From an uncultured bacterium (GTDB lineage Bacteria > Auribacterota > JACPWU01), in assembly GCA_964640155.1 (NCBI GenBank), contig CAZXEQ010000003.1, positions 104,189 through 136,188 of the forward strand: a stretch of DNA of 32,000 nucleotides. Reading direction: 5' to 3'. Positions 1-10,000 of the stretch are shown here, piece after piece. A program made the position numbers and the translations under genes. Every line of letters begins with the position of its first letter. Position 1 is the stretch's first letter. The notes under the pieces were generated by a model. That model was not told the origin of the DNA, did not search any database, and worked only from the letters and a program-made list of their open reading frames with translations.

Positions 1-1
1 T

Positions 2-1000
2 CTACATCCACTAAGAGCCTTAGGAGTGCTTTCAGATGGGCGTATTGTGGCGGGTGGAACATGGGGGAAAATGACAGTTTATAATCCTAGTGATCCTAAG
101 GATGAAGGAGAAAGCTTAAGCGGTTATGATGGGACGATTCATGATATTCAAGTTCTTCCAGATGATTCCATTGTTGTCGTAGGCGCTGGAGGATATGTTA
201 AAAAGTTTGAACTCAAAGCCGGGTCAACTCCGCAATCTTTGGGTCGATATTATCAGTATGATGGTAGACAAATTATTTATAAGACAAGGCGTTTATCCAA
301 TGGCCATTATGTAGTTGTTGGAGAAGGTGGGGCTATTAAAATTTGTGATCCCAATTATCCAGACAGTGAACCTATTCTGGTCGGCCATTATGGAAAAGAT
401 GTTCACGCTCTTGAAATTTTGCCGGACGATACCATTGTAGTGGGTGGAGATGGAGGAGAAATTTTAGCTTTTGAACCCAAAGAAAATGCAAAACCTCATA
501 AATTTGGAAATTATGGGAATGATATTAACATGATTCGCTATTCACCTGCGGATGGAAAGATTTTGATAGGTGGAAGAAATGGAGTGTTAGCGTTTATTGA
601 AAAAGAGATGGTAGGAGTGATGTGCAGTGAAAAAGATTTCGTAAGCCCTATGGGTAAAAAATATTCTTTAGATCAAGTTTCTACAGATCAAGCCAAAGTG
701 TTCATTCCAATTCCTCATGTCACCGATGAAAATTTCTCAAGTGCAGTCACTCGCTTGCAAGCTGAGATTAAAACAGCAGAAGGGGCTGAAAAGAAGAGAT
801 TAGCTGAGGTTCTCATGCATGTTTTGAGGAAAGGGAAACCTGCCCAAAGAAAAGATGGATCCCCGATAGATACACTCGGGGATGACAAACACTCTGTACC
901 ACTGTCATTCCCGAAGGCTTTTATCGGGAATCCATTAGAAGATAAAAAATGGATTCAGTCCCAACAAAAGAAAGAAGAGCTAGGAGTGGGAGATGTTTTC
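2..1000 (+). repeat. Super-repeat module 1 (partial): 5 visible propeller blades plus linker 1, ending at GDVF
   Basis: Blades follow the pattern [AV]L.VL.DG.[IL]V.GG..G.[IL].[IVF][YWF][DN]P, e.g. VLSDGRIVAGGTWGKMTVYNP and ALEILPDDTIVVGGDGGEILAFEP. Linker 1 contains ...TDENFSSAVTRLQAEI... and ends LGVGDVF (GDVF at 989-1000). Confidence 0.75.
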
Positions 1001-4000
1001 AAGACTGAAGGGGTGTTTGTAGAAAGAGTTTCTATATCAGACCGATCACGCACAATAACAACTCAAGCTGTCTTACCCGATGGACGTATTGCTTATGGTT
1101 TTGCAGATGGGTGGGTTGAATTGTGGGATCCTAAGAAACCCCATTTGGGATTTAAAAGAATAGGACAATATGCTGTAGGAAGAGGCAATCAGGAAATCAC
1201 GGTTTTAAAAGTTGTGGCAGGAAAATTATTAATTGCTGGGAAGGCTGGATATCTTGAAGTGTGGGATCCGGAACAGCCTACTCAAAAACCTTGGTGTTTG
1301 GGAGATTACAAAGAAGAAATTTATGCGATTGAAGAATTAGATGGGGAAATTTTTGTCGGTGGGAAAGGAGCAGTTATTCGATATTGGACTTTGGAAGATT
1401 TAAAAAATAAAAAAGAGATTCAGGGAGAAGTTTTGGGACAGTATGGGCATGAATTTAGCAGTGTTTTTAGTTTTCTTGTTGTGGATGGAAAACTTGTAAT
1501 AGGGGGAGGTGTTCAACTAGAATTTTGGGATTCACAAGAGCCAGAGAAAAAAATTCAAAGTACAGCAATGCATGAAGGAGCCACACACGCTTTGCAATAT
1601 TTAGATGGGAAAATTGTTGCTCTTGATTCAAGTGGGCATATCCGTTATTGGGATAAATCTTCTTTGTATGCTCAAGAATCCCAAGTCCCTTATCCTATTG
1701 GAGAGTATGGTATGAAAGCTGAAGCAATGAAGGTTTTGGATGGGAAGTTGTATGTGGGAGGATATGGAGGAGAACTTAAAGTATGGGATCCAGAGAGCTC
1801 ACGAAAAGGTCTGCACAATATATTTCAGTATCAAAATGATGAAGGAGCAAAACCCGGAACAATGAATTATATTACAACTATTTCATATCTTGAAATAGTA
1901 AACGGTCGTTTGTCTATCATAGGCTCCTCTAACGGTGTTGGTGGGGTTACTCTCTTAGAATTTTCTCCAACCGGTGTGGTGAATAGCAAGAATACTTTTA
2001 GATCTCTAAAATCAGGAGTTGAACATCCCCTGTCAAAAATTTCTTCTGAAGAAGTGACCGTTTTAACCCCAGCTCCTCAAGTGGATCATGAAAATCTATC
2101 TAAAGAGGTTGAATCTCGCCAAATGAAAATGAGAACGCTGCAGGAGCAGGATTTTAAAGGAAGAACAGATTTGGCATTGGAGTTGGCCTATATTGCGAGA
2201 GAACATGGGGATAAGGCAGAGTGGATTGAGATAGAAACAAAGAAGGAAGATTTGAAAGTAGGAGAAATATTTGAAGCAGAAGTTTGTGCGGGGATAGAAA
2301 GACAGTTTTTACATCCATATCCAGGTAAAATACGTGCTCAGGCGCTTCTTCCTAATGGAGAGTTGGTGGTAGGAGGGGAAAGAGGAGAGTTGTGGATTTA
2401 CAACACTGGAGACCTTAATGCAATCCCAAGAAAGTTTAAATTTCGTTATCCGGCAGAAATTCATGCCATTAAAGTTTTAAAAGATGGACGTGTGATTGTG
2501 GCCGGGAAAGCTGTTGATTATATAAGCAAAGTATGGATTTATGATCCTATTCATACCGACGCAAGACCTATTCAAATTAAACATTATTCTGGAGGAGATG
2601 TGTATGCTCTTGAGCTTTTGAATAATAGTTTGGTTGCCATTCAAGAGAAAAATGAAATTAAAATTTATGATCCAGACAAACCAGATCAGGAGGCTAAAAA
2701 GTTTTCTTCTCCTTGTGCAGGTGGTGCTGAGATCATGAGATTGTTGAAAAATGGTTTATTAGCTGTTGGCAAGGGAGCGTCAGGAGGGGATGTTGAAATT
2801 TTTGATCCTGCTCATCTGGAAAAACCTTCTAAAGAGTTTGTTTATCGCTATGGAGATGTTGCTGCCATTGAATCTCTCAATGAGAAAGAATTAGCTGTTG
2901 CAGGATTGACAACGGGAGGATTTGGAAAAATAAAAATTTATAATCTTGAAAATTACGACGCAGAACCCCAAGAATTTTCTTTTCCTTATCCTGGACAAGT
3001 TTATGCTCTTCAAGCATGGGGGGATGATTATTTGGTTGCAGCAGGAAGTTCTGGTGTTGTTCTTCTCTATGATAGATGGGATTTAAAGAAGGATCCTGTT
3101 GAATTAGGACATCTAGATATAGAAGAAAAACAAAAACTCAAAAGAATCATTTTTTCATTACAAGTTTCACCTGAAGGACAACTATCGGTGGCAGGTGGCA
3201 ATGGAATCGTAAAAATTTTTGATTTAAAAAATAGAGGTATTGTCAGAGATCAAAACTCTTTTGTCTCTATAGCTACCGGAAAAGTTCATCCTCTAGACAG
3301 TGTTGTGTCGGACGCTGTAACTGCTCGCTCTATTTTGCCTTCCATTAATCCTGAAAATCTTGCTGATGAAATAAAACGTCGAGAAAATGAGATACGCACT
3401 ACAAATGATGAGAGAGAAAAAACAAGATTGGCCAAAGAAATAGAATTTTTGGTTAAAAAATATGGAAAAGAAATGAAATGGTTTGAAATGGAATCAGAGA
3501 AAGAAAAACTGAGAGAGGGTGATATTTTTAAAACGGAAGTAATGAATAAAACATTTCTTGATCCGGACGGTATTGGTTGTGAGGGTGTTGCCTTGCCTAA
3601 TGGTCAAATAGTGATAATAAAGCTTAGAGAATTAAGATTTTATAATCCTAATCACCCTGAAGCGCCTATAAAGACAATAAAAACAGAAAAAGCAATAAAC
3701 AGGATTGAGCTCTCAGCAAATGGGAATCTTGTTCTTTATGAGGCAGGAGACGTTATTGAAATTTATGATCCCATCCAGTACACCCGCTTAAACTTAATAC
3801 AGTTTCCCGGGAGTGCAGATGTTGATGATTTGCAATATTTGCCTGACGAAAGATTAATAGTTCGTGAGAGAAGAGGGGATATTTTAATTTATGATCTTCA
3901 AAATATTGAAAGCGAACCCTATCATTTGAAAAGAGGATATCCATTTTCTTCCGCCACGCAGGTTTTGCCGAATGGGCAGCTTTTGGTTAGAGAGAATAAA

Positions 4001-7000
4001 AAATTAAGGCTATATCAGTTACCTTCTAGAGAGGTGATGAGAGCGCGCGTCGAAAGCATGTTAGCCTGGCACGCATCCAAATGGAAGACACCCATGCCTG
4101 AATGGGATGACTCACTCACAGAATTAGGTAAGGATGATTCTATGATGGCATGTGTTATTTTACCTAATGGCAATATTGCTATAGGTACATATGAAGGACA
4201 GATCAAAATTTATGATATTCAAAATTTAAAAAAAGGGGATGTGCCTCCTCCACCTACGAGATTTGCTTATTTCAAAGGCAAAATTATAGAAATGGCCTTG
4301 TTGTCTCCTACACGTTTAGTTGTCGCTAGAGAAAATGGTTTATTGGAAATGTATGATTTAACTCGACCTGACTTACCTCCTAAACCTCTAGGGAATTTTG
4401 GCGGTGAAATACTTTCCCTTTCCGTGTTGAAGGATGGGAGGTTGATGGTTACGGGCGAGGGAGGAAAAGTCGAATTTCTGGAATTCAGTATAACCGGGAT
4501 TCTATTGCGAGATAAGACGTTTCGTTCTTTTGCAACAGGGCAGACTTATGATGTGAGCAATATCGTTTCTGACGCTGTGATGACGTTGCATCCAATACCC
4601 TACATAGACCCTGAAAATTGGAAAGAAGAAGTAGAAAAACGCATTCATGAAATGAAATTGGCTCAAAGTGAACATGAAAAGAAAAGATGGGGTTTGGAAG
4701 CAGTGCATATTGTTAGAGAACATGCAGACAAAATGGAATGCGATAAGAAAGATCTTAAGCCCGGTGATGTATTTGAGATGAGAGCCATGATTCAGCAAAA
4801 AAATGATTCAAAAGACACGGTTTTTACCCAAGCGATTCTTCCAGATGGGCGTGTGGTATATGGTGATGAAGGAGAATTAAAAATTTATCATCCAGATGCT
4901 CCTCATGAATTATTCCAATCTATTCCGTTCTCTCAATTTGACTCTGTCCAGGATTTGCAAGTTGTTGAAAACAAACTTTATATGATAGATCGAAATGCGA
5001 ATCCCTATCTTTATCTTTATGATTTTTCTGAATCAGGAAAGGGAGTTCAAAGAGTAAAGCACGAGTTTAATAATGGAAAAATCTATGGTGTTTGGTCTCT
5101 GAATGGAAAGATTTATGTGGCGAATGATAAAGGAGAAATTTATGTTTGTGATTTCTCCGAAGGTCCACTTAAATTTAAACCTTTGGAAAATGGCAAAACA
5201 GAGATGTTTGTAGACTCTATGCAATGGTTGAATGGAAAGCTTTATGTGAGTGGACATACGGAAGATGGATCAATGGTAGCTATCAGTATGGGTTTAACTA
5301 CAACATACAGACATGTGAAAGTATATGATCCTGATCATCCTCAACAAGGATTTCGAGATATTAAAGTTATGGGCAAGAATGATGTTTCTTTTTCAAATTT
5401 ACAAGTTTTAGATGGGAAAATTTATATGGGAGTCTCTGGCAAAGGATTGACAGTCTTTGATCCTCAAAAACCAGATGATGGATTTTTGCTTTTGAATGGA
5501 TGCGAATATCGTCATTCAATCAGACATGTACGCGTTATGAATGGAAAACTTGTAATGGCTGGAGAAAAAGAAATTTTGATTTATGATCATAAAAATCCTT
5601 CTCTGGGACTTCAAAAGTTAGCTGAAATTACAGAGTTTATTTTTAGCTTAGAGGTATATGACAATACAAGAATTGCTGTAGGGTTAGGTAATCAACAGAT
5701 TCTCTTAAAAATAGATGCGATTGGTATGGTGATGGAGGGTGAAAAGTTTGTAGATGTGGAAAGTGGTAGAGAGTATGCATTACAGGATGTTTGTGGGGAA
5801 CGTGTAGCGGTACATTTGTCTATACCTGCGATTACATCTGAAAACTTTGTGGATGAGGTGAAGAGACGGCAAGCGCAGATGGTGACAGAATCGGATGAAA
5901 GAGAAAGAAGGTGTTTGGCGGAGGAGTTGAAGAGGGTTTTAGGGAAAGATTTTAGTGAAAAGGGATGGACTCCAGAAGAGAAAGTAAAAGAGGCTTTGAT
6001 GCCAGGAGATGTGTTTAAAGTAGATGTAATTGCGAAGACATTGATTGAAGGAGATGGAGTAGATATTTGGACGGGTATTGTTTTGAAAGATGGTCGAGTG
6101 GCTGTCGCAAAAGGAGATAAAGTATTTATTCATAACCCACAAAAACCGGAGGCTCACCCCATAGAGATTCCAGCTACTCATTTGGTCAGGGCGATAGAAG
6201 AGTTACCTGATGGTCGGCTTGTTGTTTCAGGGGTGTCAGAAATGGTGACAATACACAATACTCTCACACCAAATCGCTATGTTCAGTTTACGCATCTTTA
6301 TGGGGATGAAGTTAATGCCATTAAACTTTTACCCAATGATCTTTTGGCTGTAGCTGGAAGAAGTGGAAAAATTCTTATCTATGATCTCAAAGATTTAACA
6401 AGAAGGCCTTACGAATTAAAGAAAGATGATAATCGAACCATTTTCGTCTTAGAGGTTTTACCCAATGGAACTCTTTTTGTCGCGGACTACATGGGAAGGG
6501 CAAGTATTTATTCAATTCCAGGCCAAGAAGTTTTTAATCAGCAGTCGATGGAGTCTCAAACTACACCAGATTATTTAATTGCTGAGTTAGAAACTTATGG
6601 GATACCAAAATTGGGAGGTTTAGAGTGCACATCCATTCACTCTTGCGCGCTTTTACCAGATGGAACTCTAGCACTGGGAGGAGATGGTGGGGAGATTTTT
6701 ATTTATGATGTTTCAAAAGTTAGAAAAGGTGAGAGGCCGCCGAAACCTAAAAGACTGATAAATTTTGGTGGCAATATTAGAGCGATGACTTATTTATCTC
6801 CACATCATCTTGTTGTGGCTGGAGCAAGTGGTGCAGTAAAGATTTATAATTTAAACCATCCAGAACTTCCTCCTCGAGAAATATTTAGTTATGGAAATTG
6901 GGTTAAGACATTGAAAGTATTGGAAGATGGTAGGTTATTGATAGCAGGTTTTGGAGGGGAAGCCGTGATTTTAGAATTAAACGTGTTGGGACTAATGACA

Positions 7001-10000
7001 GGGGATAAAACTTTCGAATCTCTTCAGACAGGGGAGAGTTATCGATTGGATGATGTTCAAAGTTCAAAGGTTCAGAGATTAGAGGTGAAGGAAACAGTTT
7101 CTAGAAATGTGGTGTCATCGCGAGTCCCCCGACGTAGTATCGGGGGACGTGGCGATCTCGTAGATGGGATTGCTTCGTCAGCCGATAAATCGGCTTCACT
7201 CGCAATGACGGAGTCAGAGCAAAAAACTAAAATCACAGAAGCTTTAGATGCTCCATTCACTCCAAAATATCCTAGCCTACCTTTTTATTTTGCTTTAGGT
7301 GAGGATGGAATTGTTTATCTCAATTATCAGGGACGATGGTATCCGACGAAGCATAAAGCAGTCACCAGTCGCCAGTCTTCAGTCGTCAGTGAAAACAACA
7401 GTGAGACGATTTATTATGAAACTGTCATTCCGGCGAAGGCCGGAATCCAAACCTCTCTGGATCCCGGATCGCGCTCGCATTTAGCTCGCTTGTCCGGGAT
7501 GACCAAACAAAAAGTTCGACTTCTGCAGCTTTCTGACATTGTGCATCCATTGGAAAGAATGGATTCCCGATTGAAACCTTCGGGAATGACAGGAGGAGAA
7601 CGGACACTTATCCCTCGGGATTTTTTGATGGAGACAGAAGTGTTGAAGGGTGTAGAGGCTTCTGTTTTGAAGGCGTTTCAAAGAGGTTGGGCTGTTGATT
7701 TAGAAGGTGGACCGGGTGGCGGAAAAACAAGTATGGCCCGTGAAGTGGCTCTTCTTCTGGGACTTCCTTCCTATGTTTTTCAAATGCATGGTCAAAGGAC
7801 ATTATCAGATTGGATTGGGGGATATAGCGAAGATGGCAAAGGTCATTTAACTAGGAACAATCTTCCCAATGATGAAGGTCATTTCCGACAAGAATTGCTA
7901 GAGGCCATTACGCATGGGGGTGTTTATGTTGTAGATGAGGGCGCCGTTGGAAAAAAAGGACGTGAACTTTTAAATTGGTTGGCTCCATTGTTAAGAGCTT
8001 TAAGGACTCGTGGTGATGGACGTAAAATTTTTCTTCATGAATTTCCAACTTTGGCGAAAGAATTAGGTATAGAAACCCCCCTGGAAATATCTTTAGATTT
8101 TCATTTGGTGATCACGAATAATAAAGCGGGTGAAACTCAAGCCCGTGAAGTGATGAAAAGTGAGGTAGCAACAGAAGTAGTATATGTTGATGTAGATGAA
8201 GATGATGGGCCTGAAACGTTGCAGAGGTTATTCCTTCATTTTACGCAAGATTTAGGGGTTGATGCAACCATAAAAGAAAATCTTGCAAAGCATTTAAGTG
8301 AATTTCATTGGGCTTTGAAAGAGAGAATTGGAAAAGATTTGGGGGTCGATGATAAAGATAGACATTATCTTTCTAAAAGAGAAATTCGTAGGGCTGCACG
8401 TCTGATGCGTTGGGCTCATTCTCAGAACTCGGAAGCGGATCCCGTTTTTGATTTTTATGTATCTTTAAGAATTGCCTATGAATCCATGTTTACTCATGCT
8501 TGGGAAAAAGATGAGGTTGAGAGAATTTTAAGAGAAAAAATTGAGAATATAGAGTCGGGCAGTTATGAGCGTGTGACCAAGAAATTTGACACTTTAAAGG
8601 AAAAAGCATTTGGTAAAACCGTCAGATCTAAAATTGTGACAGGCCCGGAATTAGAAGAGGCTTTTTTAACAAAAATGAGTATGGAGGCCGGAGAACCGGT
8701 GCTTCTTTTGGGGGAATTAGGGGCACGTGTTTCAGATGTTGTTCGTCGAGTCTCTGAAGAATTAAATGCAGAAGTAAATATTATTGATGCAGATCCTCAA
8801 CAATCTCGTCAGGAAATTCTGGGAGGGCCTTTCCCAGATGTTCGACAAGGAAGTAGTAAAAATATTGCACATATCTTGGGTAAGTTGGTTCAGCATTTGA
8901 TGACCAAAGAACAGATGGAAGCTTTAGAAAGTGCAGGAGAAAAACTACACCCTCAAGTTTTGTGGATTCGAAATATTGATTTATGGAGTGAAGATTTAAG
9001 AACCGCCTTAAATGGATTTTTGGAGGATGGATATATTCGTTTAGAAAAAGGTGACGGTACGATAGAGACTTATTATCGTCCCTCTCATGTTCACATCATT
9101 GCAGACATGGGTTCAGAGTCCATACAAGATTTTTCAAGCGCCTTTTTTAATCGCTGGGTGAAAATAGGAATTTCTAGAGAGAATCCTCCTGAAGACTGGA
9201 TTTATTCCAAGCCAGAGGTTTTGGGTATGCTGAGCAAGAAAGCAGAAAAACAGGCGGAACAGTTGATTGTTGCCGTTAGGGATGCAAAAGTTCTTTTGCC
9301 GATGGAGGGAGGTTTTTATCGTTTTAATCCAGAGCTTAATTTGGAAAATTTTCCTCAAAGTCTCAAAGGCGAAAAAATTTATACTCAATTCTTGAGATCT
9401 TTAAAAACTAAAAATCAACTTTCTGATTTTGAAAAAGTATTGGTGAATCGTTTTGGCATGAGCCTTCGAGAAGCGGAGGACTTGACCCGATTGTATGTTT
9501 CTTTGATGGATATTGATTCAGCTCAAGGGGCGCAGCGCTGGAAGGGAGAAGCCCATTATGGTTTTGGCCCCACTTTGTTCTATGCTTTAGCAGAATCGAT
9601 TCAAATGGCCAAACGTGAAGATTCTAAAATTTTAGCTTTAGAAAGACAATTAAGAGAACAGTATGACGTAAATTTTGAACATGTTTTGATTCATGGACCT
9701 CCTCCGGGTTCTTCAACAGATGCAATCGATCTTTATAAAGCTTATATTTCTGCTTTAAAGAAAATGATGGCAGAAGAAATTTTAAGAATTATTGGTACAA
9801 GATTAAAACCTTTGGATCGTCCTGATTTTGAACAACTTCTTCATTCAACATTAGATTTGGAAGTTCCTCCTGGGCTCAATACTTCTGTTCATACCACGAC
9901 GGGTACACTGGAAGGTCAGGTTACTCGTATCGGCAATGTTGCTCTTCAGGCTAGAGAAGGGGCTAAAGGCCCTCTAGAAGTTTCTAAAGATCATCGTGTT

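Noticed and set aside
2-7110. Possibility that the regular ~1.25-kb periodicity is a CRISPR-like or satellite DNA array or an assembly artefact
   Set aside because: The repeats are conserved at the protein level (blade and linker motifs), but I found no long identical nucleotide stretches between modules. The period is far too long for CRISPR and there is no repeat-spacer structure. The frame is maintained throughout.
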